IMG/VR virus record: IMGVR_UViG_3300028829_005735
Span: 8,241-72,240 of that record
Length of the DNA: 64,000 nt
Source of the DNA: a virus
Direction: 5' to 3' (one strand)
The position numbers and the translations under genes are program-made. The first letter of the stretch is position 1; each line of letters begins with the position of its first letter. Shown piece by piece: positions 28,801 through 39,300 of this stretch. Under the pieces are notes generated by a model. It was given only the letters and a program-made list of their open reading frames with translations, made no database searches and was not told where the DNA came from.

Positions 28801-31800
28801 ATGTACTCGCGTACCAATTTTGAAGATGAAAGCATTACAGCTTGTCTGAAGTCAACTCCGGCCATCAATAAGAACTCTAGTGTAGGAACTACCTCTTTAT
28901 TACCTTGAATATTAAATATCCATGCATCTTTAGCAACATCTACCCATCCGTTAATAAGCTGACCTAATAAATCGGAAACTCTTTCTCCAGAAACATTTTC
29001 TGTTTTTGATAAATCTATCACTTTTTGAACTTTACCATTTACTTCTTCCATTCTAGTATTGTGGTCAAGTTGTATTCTATAATCGATATGTTCATCGACA
29101 GATTTGTGTTCAGAAGGAGATAATTCTCTAACCTCATTATCTCTATCTGATACCAGCTTATCGAATTCCGTATGAGTTAATCCGTTTGTTGGATTAAGGT
29201 ACATATCTATTGACTGGAATATAGATGCAAACTTAGATCCAATTGCTCCTACACCTAACGTATCCATACCAACAGCATTTTCTAATTGTTTGTTAATATT
29301 ATACATAGGATCAAATATCTGAGTAGGAGATATCTGCTTCTCGTTATTCTTATTATATGTCTGTGTGCCGTTTACTCGATCATATTTTTTGTAGTCTGTT
29401 GCAAATTCTGATAATTCTTTAGCAAGAGGCTCAACCATATCGTTTGTATTCGGTTTAACTAATTCCGGATAAACAGTCTCCATGCTCAATCGTCTAGCAA
29501 TTAAATCAATCAATTCGTTTTCCAATCCCTTTACAGATGCTCCACTAATTTCACGTTTGTAATCATTAATTTCATTTTGATATGAATTTTGCTTTTCTTT
29601 AAGAGGATTAATTTTATTCCAAATTTCTCTTTTTTCTTGAGTAAGCATATCGTTATCTGCAGCATCTTCAAACTCACCATCTACTTCTTCATAATAATTA
29701 GCTTGTTCTTCAACTAAGGCCTCGATTTCTTTTTCAACATGCTCTGCTCTGAGTTTACTTAAAGCATCTGTATTGTTTGCTAAGTCTTCACGTTCTGTAT
29801 ATAAAGATTCTAACTTTTTACCTATCTGAATAAGCTCTTTTGTTTCAGTAAGATCTGTATATAAGTCTGAAAGTTCATCGTTTGTTTTTTTGAGTTTCTT
29901 AGTTGTCTCTTTAATTTTATTTTTTACACCTTGGACATCAGTATTAATAGTAGTGTATTTTACAAGTTCTACCTTTCCATCGTATATGTCAATATTAGGG
30001 AACATTGTAAATAATTTATCAACGTCGAAATCCGAACCTGCTTTTGCTACAATTTCTGAAGGAACAATCATAATGTTGCCAGAGTTCTTAGGAAGGAATT
30101 CAGCAACTTCCATAAACTCAAGTGAGTTCATAGCTTGTGATGGGATACGAGGAGCTACAGCTCGGAGCGCATCTCTATTTTCATTAAGCCAGTTTTCATC
30201 TTTGATTGTTTCATTTAATCTTTCTAATGATAATTCATAATCCAACTCCTTAGTTGTAGTTCCGTCGGCATTTTTACGAGTAGTATACTTTGCTATCCTT
30301 TTACCGTCTTTACCATTGATGTAAAGTAGTTTTTCAAAGTTACCTTGTAAAGAAATTTTAACTTGCATACCTACAGTCTTACCATCTTTATTATGATAAC
30401 TTCTTAAGCCGTTTGTTCCTGAATTTTTATCTCCCTTAATCTGAGTGGTACCCTTCTTCTCACTCATTGTAGATGCTACTTGAATAAGTCCCTCACCATT
30501 AACCTTTATTTTGGTAAGACGTTTATCAATAAGAGATACAAGTAATTTCTCAACTTGGTCAGCAGTAAGTGCTGTTGACAAATCCGATTTTAAATTTCCA
30601 CCGTCAAATAAGAATTCTATTTGACGTTCAGTATAATCCTTAGATGTGAATTCTCTACGGATCATATTCACAAGTTTCGAAGAATCCTGTATGAGTGACT
30701 TCACATCTTTAATCCCTAATTCGTTGTATAATTCCTGTTCTTTATACTTACGAATTTCATTAAGGTTCTTTAAGTAATCCTTATGCCATTGCTCATGCTC
30801 TTTGGATAAATAGTTTCCATCTTTATCTTTCAAATCCGACACAAGGATACTTCTCATTTGAGTTGGAAGAGTAACCTTTCCTTTGTACTTATTGTGAATC
30901 TTTAATTGATTTTTCAAGTACTTTGCAAAGATTACATTCTTTTCGAAAACCAAATCCTCATTAAGACTTCTATCTTTATTGTAGTACTGGTCAGAGCCAG
31001 ATTCGTTCTTAGATAATGTAGACAGTTTAGAACCAGACTTGAACGTAACGTAATCTAGCCCTTGCTCCATCATTTTTTGACTGAGACTTTCAAGTTTTGT
31101 CCCCTTAATCATTCCTGGAATAAGAGGAACTAAATTAAACTTATGATTTGCTTGTTGCCTTAATGGGGCGTCTGTATCCAACGGTCCAAAGGATTGTAAT
31201 TTCATTGAAGGAAAGAACTCTGTGAATTCTGTTTGGTCATACTTTCCTGGTATAATATTACCGTTTTCATCAGTAGCTCTATCAACAATATAGTTGTATT
31301 GTACTTCTTGTTCGGTAGTCCATATACCTTGAGCTATACTTAACAACCTATAACTATCGAATCCGATAAACCCTTGGCCGTCACCCTCCTCCATCTCTTT
31401 GTAAGATTTTAAATCTACTCCCGGAAGTGCTTCTTGGATTTCATCTAGGTATTCTGATATTGCTTTATGGTCAGCAATGACTCCTGTATTAATTCGACCG
31501 TCGTAATCTTTATGTTCGGACTTGCCACCTGTTACTTTGTTAGACCACCCTCGTGCTTTTATTTGTCCATTTTCATCTTTGGAATTAATGAAATCCATAA
31601 AGGCTTGATCTGTTCTAAAGATGTCTCCAGTAGAGATATAACCTGCATTACGTTTATTGAAATCTTCTTTTTCTACATCAAATAATGCAGGATCTCCAAG
31701 GTGTAATGTCGTAAAGTCTAAATTATGAAGGAACTTGTTTCTTTGGAACATTCCAATCATAATCTCTCTTATGGTATCTTCGTCGGCAGTTTCTGCTAAT

Positions 31801-34800
31801 TCTTCTGGAAGTTCTCGTAAGATTGTATCCATTACACTGTCTGTAATAAATAATTCTGTTGCGAAGTTCTCCATCATGTAATCAGTCTTCTCTGTGAAAT
31901 ATTCATTCACTTGCTCTACAAGGTCGGAAGTTTTTAATGTCGAAAGTGCTTTTGCTACAGTATCAAAATCTGTACTATCCGTTAAGGATAATAGTTCTTT
32001 TTTAGTATTAGAGTTAAAGATGTCATCAAAGATAAATAGTTTACCTCCTCGTTCACGATACCCTTTATCTAACATTCCACCTTTATTTTGGATGTCAGCT
32101 ATTATATTTACCCTAACGATTTCTGCTACCAAGTAATCTTTCAACTCGTTAAACATTGTCGTATCCTTTGGATTTTTTAATGCTTCTAATATTTCAGCAG
32201 TTCCAAAAACTTGTTTAAAATCAATCCCCATATGGAGTGACGTAGACTTATCAGCCATTCTTGTCACCTCGGATTTATTAAAGAAGCTTAAGTAAACGTC
32301 AGTCATGAACTTAGAGTTAACATCTAAATCCATATTTGTTAACCCAATGAAATTATCTTCTTGCAATAAGGTAGAGCCTGAGAAGTTGTTTAATGTCAAC
32401 TTTACATCTGTACGTAATCCATTTTTATCAAATAATAATTTATGATAACGGTTGGCCCGGATCATCGGATCATTTGCAGGATCTAAAAATTTCAAGTGGG
32501 GAAACTTGGTAATAGCATCTTGAAGGCTCATTCCTTCAGGGATAGCATTTATATCATTCGTTACAATAGAAGCTGTACTATTTAATGATAATTCACTTTG
32601 CGTATCACCAGGAGCATTTACAGACATGAAAGAATTGAATTTATCTGATAATTCAAATTCAACTTTTTGTATAGTATTATAATATGAATTAAGACCACTC
32701 TCGTTTTGAGTATCCGTTTCATCAAAATTCAATGATTCATGAGCCCCAAACAGACTTCTTAAACTATTTATCTTATTAAGATTTTGTCCTATTTCAGCAT
32801 TGTGAGCATTAACTTTAACATGATTCTTCAATCTTGTTGCTATTGCATTTAGCACATCGTATTTTGTAGCTAATGCCTTTTCAATTTCTGCAGTATCTGT
32901 AATATTTATACCAAGCGATCTATAGAAATTAACATAATCATCTTTCTTTTTTAATTTCCATTTGCCTTCAGAAGTTTCTACAAGAAAATCATTTAGTATT
33001 CCTTGAGCATTTAACTCAATACCTCCCGGTGTGCTTATTAAATACTCGGAAGGCATAGCTGGAAACGATGACTCCCATGCTCTAGAAACAGGCTTGGTAC
33101 CACCCAACGTAGTTCCGTATTTACTTTTTACTATAAGATTACCTTCATTATCAATTTCGGTTTCCATAATGAGCTGTTGAAGCTTATTATTTGACTTACT
33201 AAAAGTTTGTATGAACTTACTCCATAATAATGTTTGGTCTAAACTATCTGATTTATAAGGTCCTAATTTCTCAAGTACCTGAGCAATTACTTTATCTTTT
33301 GATTTAGCCTCCTGCATCTTTTGGTACATCATATCACCATTTGGTGTAGAGTTTAATAATTTCCCAAGTTTTGCCATAACTACAACAGAACGCTCTAATA
33401 CAGGAACTCCCAACGTATTTCTCTCTGTTTCTTGTCCAAATTTCAATTTACCCTTGAGTCTTAAATTACCTAGCTTTCTAGCTTCTTGAAGTGTATATTT
33501 ACCACGTACTGTTTTTTGCCTATGTATGGTACTCAGCATGTATACGATATGCTCATCTGCCATATCAAAAAGACTTTGGTCGTTACCACCTCTATCAAAT
33601 AATTTTCCAGTAACATCCTCTTCAGCTTGTTGGTCATCTTGCTGAATGATGTCAGAAATAGTATTATAATTATAAACCTTACCATTACGAAGATGAAAAC
33701 CAATAACATTTGTTGGATCTTCTCCTGCAAAAATATTATTAGACATCTTTTCGACATCTCCAAAATTATCAACTGCGGCATCGAGCATTTCAAAATTCTT
33801 TGAATGAGCTTCGAATTCTTCAGATAAAGGATTAGATGCATCCCTTAATTTCTCTTGTTCATTACGCAACTTAATCAATTCGTGTAAGGCTCCGTTATAT
33901 GCAGCTTTAAGACTCTCTACAGAAGCATATCCCTTTGATAATTTTTCATCATTATGTTGGTCTAAGTATGTTGACACAAGTGAATCAACTGTCCCCATTA
34001 ACAACGATGTTTGTTGAGCAGAGAGCCTGTTAGCTACACCCTTACTTGCATTAGGGAAGTTGATATTTTTATTTAATGTTTCAAACATAAAGTTCTCCGA
34101 AGAGTACTGAGTGACATCAATGTTTCCAGTATATAGATTTTTGAAATTTTCGGTTACAATATCTTGTACCACACTATTTTTAGATAGGTCAGACTTAGAG
34201 TGTTTCCCAAACATTTTATCGAGGAAGTCCATAATTCTTTGAAAGAATTTCCCGATAACACTCGTCTTCTTAACTTTAGATTTTCCAATAGCATATGCAC
34301 GAAATTCTTCAGCAAGAAATTCTTCAATTTGCTTATACGAATGATTTGACTTACCCTTAAGTTTTCTTACAGAGTCGTATAGTTTTACTTTATCTGCAGG
34401 AGAAAGTATTCCTTGCGTGTAAGCATGCCAAGCCTCATGATAAATATCCGTAAGGTCCGAACCTTTATAAAGAATGATTCCGTTTTCAACCCATCTAGCA
34501 ACTGCTACTCGGCTTTTCGGTCTATCCTTTGAGTCTAGCCTCTCATTCTCTAATTCGATAATATCATTCAGAGGAGAGCCTTTAAACCAACTAAGAGCAT
34601 GTTGCTCCTCAAGTAATGTTACTTCTGCATTCTCACCCTTTTGCTCCTTTATCTTGTTTAGTCCTGGTTGATTATCGTATGAAGCAGGGTTTAAAGTGTA
34701 TCCTAATTTTGGATGATATACTTTAAGCACACCTGCTTTATTTACAAATGATTTTGTTGAACCAGTCTTTACAACATGTTCTTTATTCTCTATAGGATTG

Positions 34801-36368
34801 GTCGTTACCGTTCCGTTTTTAATAGATATTTCTACAAAGTTTTTGTTATTATATGAGAATTTAGGTTTGTAAATTCTATATAATTGTCCCTTGCTATCTT
34901 GATATAGCATTGCAGATGTGTTATTTGGATCTGCTAGGTTAGTTGTTATTATTCTATTTTCAGAATTATCTTTTACCGGCTTAGTTGCTTGGAAAGTATT
35001 AAAGAAGTTTTCAACTTGTTTTGCGTTTACTTTCTTTTTATAAATAGTAACCTCTCCATTAGCCGAAACTCTAATAGGTGACCTTTCGTTTACTGCTAAA
35101 TAGTTTGACACCAAATTTCTTATTTCATTAGCATTTAATTTAGAGCCGTTCTCATTAACTAAATTCTTATTTGTCAATAGTTCAACTAATGTTTTTACGA
35201 CTTCTGGATTCGATGAAATATCATTTGGTATTATTGCAGCTTTTGACTCGTGTAAGTCACCTCCCGTTAACACATGAAATGTACCATCATTTTTTTCATC
35301 CGTAGATAGAGTAAGGTTATCTATATTAGATAGCGTTGAGAGTTGAGTTTTATTCTTTGTAGTTTCGTTGTATCCAAATGTAGAACTAGCAGGATTTATT
35401 TCTAATAACATAGATCCTTGTTCACGAATAGCTTTAAATAAGCTTCTCCCATCCTCGGCATTCTCCATTAGGATTTCATAAATTTCATCCTGGGTGAAAT
35501 CATCTCTTAACATAGATGCCTCAAAAGCTGCAAACTTCTTCTTTAATGTATCACTTACTTTTTCTTTTTTACCATGTGTATAATTAAAGTATCCATCTTT
35601 AACCACACTTGGAGATTGAGTTGAGATTACTGGTATGCGACCACTTTCAGTAACAGCTCCGTTAGAGTCGAATTGAACCGGGTTACCATTTTTATCAGCA
35701 ATAATAAAAACAATCATGTTTTTTGCAGTAGTCTGATTCTTAGGCCTAGATGCTATAGAGAAATCTAACTCTCCTTTTACTTTAGATTCCAATTCACTAT
35801 AAGGCATAGCAAGTATTTGAAAATCTTTAGAACCATTTTTTACTTTATCTAAAACAGTTCTTTTAGCAGCATACGCAGGAGCTTTATCTGTATCTACATC
35901 ATTCTCAATACTCATTGTTTCAGAACCTTGAGTAGTTTCAAATTTTATATGAACAGCTTCATTTGGATCGTAGTCCTCCGTCTCGGCCTCCGTAATAACT
36001 TCTTCGATTTCTTCTTCAACAATATCGATGGGGGTACTCACCGATGTTTGAATTTTTTTTACAAGCGATTCTAATTTTGTAGGATCATTCAAGGCAGACA
36101 TACTTTCCAACATGTCTGCACCTATTTGGTCTTGTAAGGTTGGAATAGTATTATTTAAAGCCATTGGAGCAAGAGCCAAGTGTTGGAGTATAACCTCGTG
36201 ATTATCCATCGATTCTGTATCTCCAGATAATGCCAATGCTTCATTATACAAAGCTTTGTATAAGTCTCCAGCGTCATTGTAATTATTATTTTTTTGAAGC
36301 TCTAGTGCTTTTGATTTAAAAAAAGCATTGAAATCCTTAACGGATTGTTCTGATATACAAATCTTCAT
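25866..36368 (-). CDS. virion-packaged single-chain (two-barrel) RNA polymerase polyprotein
   Basis: 3500 aa; PRIPSQ...VPSEIVAKAGSDFDVDKL catalytic motif (30018-30032), DGQGF, KSGSK, VDVAKD blocks as in Cellulophaga phage phi14:2 gp66-type RNAPs; zincin HEAWH (34425-34439). Confidence 0.9.
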   Translation of the reverse strand: MKICISEQSVKDFNAFFKSKALELQKNNNYNDAGDLYKALYNEALALSGDTESMDNHEVILQHLALAPMALNNTIPTLQDQIGADMLESMSALNDPTKLESLVKKIQTSVSTPIDIVEEEIEEVITEAETEDYDPNEAVHIKFETTQGSETMSIENDVDTDKAPAYAAKRTVLDKVKNGSKDFQILAMPYSELESKVKGELDFSIASRPKNQTTAKNMIVFIIADKNGNPVQFDSNGAVTESGRIPVISTQSPSVVKDGYFNYTHGKKEKVSDTLKKKFAAFEASMLRDDFTQDEIYEILMENAEDGRSLFKAIREQGSMLLEINPASSTFGYNETTKNKTQLSTLSNIDNLTLSTDEKNDGTFHVLTGGDLHESKAAIIPNDISSNPEVVKTLVELLTNKNLVNENGSKLNANEIRNLVSNYLAVNERSPIRVSANGEVTIYKKKVNAKQVENFFNTFQATKPVKDNSENRIITTNLADPNNTSAMLYQDSKGQLYRIYKPKFSYNNKNFVEISIKNGTVTTNPIENKEHVVKTGSTKSFVNKAGVLKVYHPKLGYTLNPASYDNQPGLNKIKEQKGENAEVTLLEEQHALSWFKGSPLNDIIELENERLDSKDRPKSRVAVARWVENGIILYKGSDLTDIYHEAWHAYTQGILSPADKVKLYDSVRKLKGKSNHSYKQIEEFLAEEFRAYAIGKSKVKKTSVIGKFFQRIMDFLDKMFGKHSKSDLSKNSVVQDIVTENFKNLYTGNIDVTQYSSENFMFETLNKNINFPNASKGVANRLSAQQTSLLMGTVDSLVSTYLDQHNDEKLSKGYASVESLKAAYNGALHELIKLRNEQEKLRDASNPLSEEFEAHSKNFEMLDAAVDNFGDVEKMSNNIFAGEDPTNVIGFHLRNGKVYNYNTISDIIQQDDQQAEEDVTGKLFDRGGNDQSLFDMADEHIVYMLSTIHRQKTVRGKYTLQEARKLGNLRLKGKLKFGQETERNTLGVPVLERSVVVMAKLGKLLNSTPNGDMMYQKMQEAKSKDKVIAQVLEKLGPYKSDSLDQTLLWSKFIQTFSKSNNKLQQLIMETEIDNEGNLIVKSKYGTTLGGTKPVSRAWESSFPAMPSEYLISTPGGIELNAQGILNDFLVETSEGKWKLKKKDDYVNFYRSLGINITDTAEIEKALATKYDVLNAIATRLKNHVKVNAHNAEIGQNLNKINSLRSLFGAHESLNFDETDTQNESGLNSYYNTIQKVEFELSDKFNSFMSVNAPGDTQSELSLNSTASIVTNDINAIPEGMSLQDAITKFPHLKFLDPANDPMIRANRYHKLLFDKNGLRTDVKLTLNNFSGSTLLQEDNFIGLTNMDLDVNSKFMTDVYLSFFNKSEVTRMADKSTSLHMGIDFKQVFGTAEILEALKNPKDTTMFNELKDYLVAEIVRVNIIADIQNKGGMLDKGYRERGGKLFIFDDIFNSNTKKELLSLTDSTDFDTVAKALSTLKTSDLVEQVNEYFTEKTDYMMENFATELFITDSVMDTILRELPEELAETADEDTIREIMIGMFQRNKFLHNLDFTTLHLGDPALFDVEKEDFNKRNAGYISTGDIFRTDQAFMDFINSKDENGQIKARGWSNKVTGGKSEHKDYDGRINTGVIADHKAISEYLDEIQEALPGVDLKSYKEMEEGDGQGFIGFDSYRLLSIAQGIWTTEQEVQYNYIVDRATDENGNIIPGKYDQTEFTEFFPSMKLQSFGPLDTDAPLRQQANHKFNLVPLIPGMIKGTKLESLSQKMMEQGLDYVTFKSGSKLSTLSKNESGSDQYYNKDRSLNEDLVFEKNVIFAKYLKNQLKIHNKYKGKVTLPTQMRSILVSDLKDKDGNYLSKEHEQWHKDYLKNLNEIRKYKEQELYNELGIKDVKSLIQDSSKLVNMIRREFTSKDYTERQIEFLFDGGNLKSDLSTALTADQVEKLLVSLIDKRLTKIKVNGEGLIQVASTMSEKKGTTQIKGDKNSGTNGLRSYHNKDGKTVGMQVKISLQGNFEKLLYINGKDGKRIAKYTTRKNADGTTTKELDYELSLERLNETIKDENWLNENRDALRAVAPRIPSQAMNSLEFMEVAEFLPKNSGNIMIVPSEIVAKAGSDFDVDKLFTMFPNIDIYDGKVELVKYTTINTDVQGVKNKIKETTKKLKKTNDELSDLYTDLTETKELIQIGKKLESLYTEREDLANNTDALSKLRAEHVEKEIEALVEEQANYYEEVDGEFEDAADNDMLTQEKREIWNKINPLKEKQNSYQNEINDYKREISGASVKGLENELIDLIARRLSMETVYPELVKPNTNDMVEPLAKELSEFATDYKKYDRVNGTQTYNKNNEKQISPTQIFDPMYNINKQLENAVGMDTLGVGAIGSKFASIFQSIDMYLNPTNGLTHTEFDKLVSDRDNEVRELSPSEHKSVDEHIDYRIQLDHNTRMEEVNGKVQKVIDLSKTENVSGERVSDLLGQLINGWVDVAKDAWIFNIQGNKEVVPTLEFLLMAGVDFRQAVMLSSSKLVREYIQTKRKMNSAFYGLSELDQTNSETFDLIQFHNDIDALNEVLVNNGQEELNNIEQVYGESRNFSNPLEIKKNGTIEKLIKNMGKERNAHEKDQELQALLQFVSYEQTAKQITNLTMATKFDTATSASLAEVRNMQEKFDTLHENKALPENIKDRMLKDSPIGMFNTNELQLELWGQFFSLKTHKVISKTANEGIKGRFQKGRTKVENEKDFSEEFISYLYQNESTRIENNVYRGYTIFELENPGENEEYRVEDGKFFFSKPFVEGRVAGWPLGNSNSVKKFYIEKYIAEKDLDLDKVKDTLSYKMAEKAVALDPTKDLKDEYSDAEAIIKSGNSEQLFEGDHTYSKRLQELKEKFPTLAGQFTLVNDLTPDTSKYHRENLYLINQKEEGYKDIYEENLAILKEHPQPEIKEFFRMFDRFAVLQSGVKSYGKYVMTGVIDQNHVDKIVSPIKNDILSHFNALENDTESSYPLLQDFQTQFYKGEASHFKLFLMSKNRGAQFESDAYFGNTFRELDMRPLSLNSYPGKIPVMDMEMANASDKVIIHKVGNFPVKNYKEYSKINKYFSFINTNYTNALTEEYSKDEPVWVTGETMNDFATGGKNNEAAYQKTLERTFESYKTSINDAIEQGAEVFNVGMNSGIDSMTRKFLKKEKGLKEHKIVTKNGVYMQYSKANEVTPERLYSTIGGEANVNDRFTTPMKDLKVNLSIGTKPYTNIFHYLAAKKSLLSDKNTRLILKEKIEKNGTKYTEADWVNLISGIKLGADKSKYNEIDTILKTLIQVAETNPKFKSELEKSGKSLLTLGTGRSAFEKNFGRALLEARAEYNGPVTSMENISIELPSYKIDTGLSNKDGSKRFASTNGTTIKINPVKNVKELFDYMEGKEGGATSQQKQEVLKEMEKQGYGMSKIKELLTTPERADIFLILHEQDHIDNNDKDVYWAQGKDLMTEDKIAIEARASVNALMKIEIDNYTGEDPITCKT

Positions 36369-39300
36369 TACTTACATATTTTAAAGTGTTCTCTCATTTC
36401 CTCTTCTGTTGGGGTGTTTTCTGAGGACATCAATACTCCATTCGTAAAGTTACTTAATACTTTAGATAAATCTACGATGTTTTGTTTTTCTAGTTCCGAA
36501 ACAAGACCTTTACTTTCTTTGTTGAAATCATTTATGATACGACCTGTACCTCCATTAAATTGAGCCTTGGTCATAGAGGTTCTATTTTGAATGATGCTAT
36601 TGTAGTTGACAAGTTCTACTTTTGTTTTCATTAATTTGTCAACCTTCATTAAGCTTCCATCTTTCATTTCAACTATGTCTCCGGGTTTAAGATTAGAGAA
36701 TCCTTTTAAATCGGCTAATGAATTTTTAATTTTTTCAATTTCTGTATTAATTGTTGGAGTATGTCTTTCAAATAACTCTTGATTTTCTAAAGAAATTTTT
36801 GCTAATAATTTAGTCAAATCCTCCTGACTTCTTAGGTTTGTATCGTTAGTTTTAAATATTGCCTTAACCTCTTTAACTTCTGTAGCCTTTATTCGTTTTA
36901 ATCCGGCAACATATTCACGTTTTGTTTTACCCTGCTTTATAATACTAGCAATAGCCTCTGGTTTAAAACCAGCAATATCTTCGGGTGTATACCGTAACCC
37001 AATCATCTTGTCATATTGTGATTTCTCAAATTCTTTTTTGTTTTTTTCTACATCGGGATTGTTGTAATCAAATATTTTTTGATTTGCTAATTCCTTAGAG
37101 GTATCCAAAACATTTTTATCAAATTGAGGATCTCGTGCTAATATTTCGTAGACGTCTTGAATTACTTCTTCGGTAATAGTATGACCATCCACTTTGTTCC
37201 CTATATTGTTCAGAATAACATCTTGGATAGCATTAACCCTATTAAAGTAATCTGTTGAATCAACTTCACCAGGAGATTGCTTTTCAGCAAAAGCAATTAA
37301 TTCAATAGCTCTTTGTTCACGAACATCTACATTTTCATCTCTTTCACGAACATCTACATCAAATGATTTACCATCACCCACAACATCTGGAATCTGTTCA
37401 GCTTGTTGCTTTTCAAATTTTTCTTGTAGATCTTTTAGAGCTGCGTCTCGACGGCTATCAAGTTTTTTATCATACTCTATTCCTTCCACCTTACCTGCGA
37501 AATCATGTGTATTTTTTTGAGTATCAAAATCTTTATTGATTTCTTCAACTTGAGCATCATATTCCTCTTGAGTCATAGGAACTTCCTCTTCTTCAACTTG
37601 AGTTTCGGAAACTTCTGTTTTGTTCTCAAGAATTGCATCAATATCCTCACGAGAAAGATTATTAATATCTTCTTCGGTGTAATCTAACTCTTGAAGCTCT
37701 GCTTTCTCAGCATCGGATAATACTTCAAAAGTATCTGGAATTGGAGCAAGGTCTTCATTGTGTTCCTGAATAATTCGTTCTGCATCAGCAGAGTCATCAA
37801 CCCAAGACCTAAACCTATCGGTTAAGTTGTCAGAAGAAAGGTCTTCAATATTTTTATCAACTCTGTCTTCGTTAGCAACTTGATCGCGATATTCATTAAT
37901 TAAATCATTAATAACTGCTGGAGGATAAGAATCAATGGAATCTCCTTCTTTAATTGTTACATTATCAGCTTCTGTACGTTGATAATCTCGTCTATCTGCT
38001 CCTCCACCGACTTCTCCAGCCATTTCTTCAGCACGCGCGGAATCTACCTCTCCATCTAAAGTTTCGGGAGCATCAGTCTTTTCTTTTGCACTAGGTTCTT
38101 TTAGATTTTCAGTCGGCTTATCGAGAATTTTATCATACATTTTCTCAACAATTGAAACGGCAAGCTCATGCTTTTCGTTTGGTACACTCGTACCATCCTT
38201 TTGGGTAGTTTTCCTAGGGATTTGATTTCCGGTTTCTAAATCGTAAAAAACAGGTGGTTGCTCACCCTTCTCAATTATATCATCTAAATGCATTAAGTGG
38301 AAACCTAATCCATTTTCATAAAGTTCATTAAGTCCTTTTGAAACGACCTCTTTGTTACGGCTCATTTTTAATGAGTTCTCAACATACCTTTTAAATTGAG
38401 CCATAAAGACTTCGTGCATCTCAACCTTTCGATTGACAAATTCATCCATTGACTTCTCATTCATAAGAACATTAATAAGAAAGTCTAAGTCAGCATTTCG
38501 ATTATCTAACTTATATGAATCTAAAAGTGACTCAAAAGATTTATTAGAAAGATTTTCAAATGCAATCCCTTTTACTTTAGGAGCAATGGTTTTTAAGTAT
38601 GCATTGTGTTCTTTATGCATATCTTTCTCAACTTTCTCTTGCTCTTTCTCGAGTTTCTTTAGTTCGTTTTCTTCTGTAGAAGTGAGTTCAACATCAGAAC
38701 CTTTATAAGCTGAGATAGCATCTGAAAGTTCTGCAAATCTTTCAGTACTGTTATTGAATTCAGTAAGCGCTGCTAAACGAGCTTCTTTAGTTTTAAGAAG
38801 CTTTTTTGTTTTTTGATCTGCTTCCGAATATTCGATGGCTTGGATTTCAGATTCTAATAAATCTATTTCATTTGAAACAGTTTCCGGATGAAATAATTTT
38901 TCGTAATCTGAAAAAAGAATATCACCAGCCGTATTATCTTTAAGCTCGGACCTCATGCCTTCGAGCATTTTCTTTTTACGTTCTATATTTTCATTTACTT
39001 CAGATGTAGAAAATATTAATTCTTGTTTAGCTCTTTCAAAATATGCATGGTATTGCCTAGCAGCATTATATTTTGGATCATTTTTATCAATCTTACTTAA
39101 GTCAATTGGATTTGTAATATTTTTATTTACAGATTCGTATACCTCTTCAAACTGCTCGGCTTTTGCAATTTGATTATCTATAATTTTATTACGTTGTTGC
39201 TGAGTAGTTTTTGTACCCACCGTTTTAAATGCCTCACCAAACTGTTCAGCATCCATTGTTTTCATTTCTTGAAGATGACTTTTGAATTGATCCATCATTC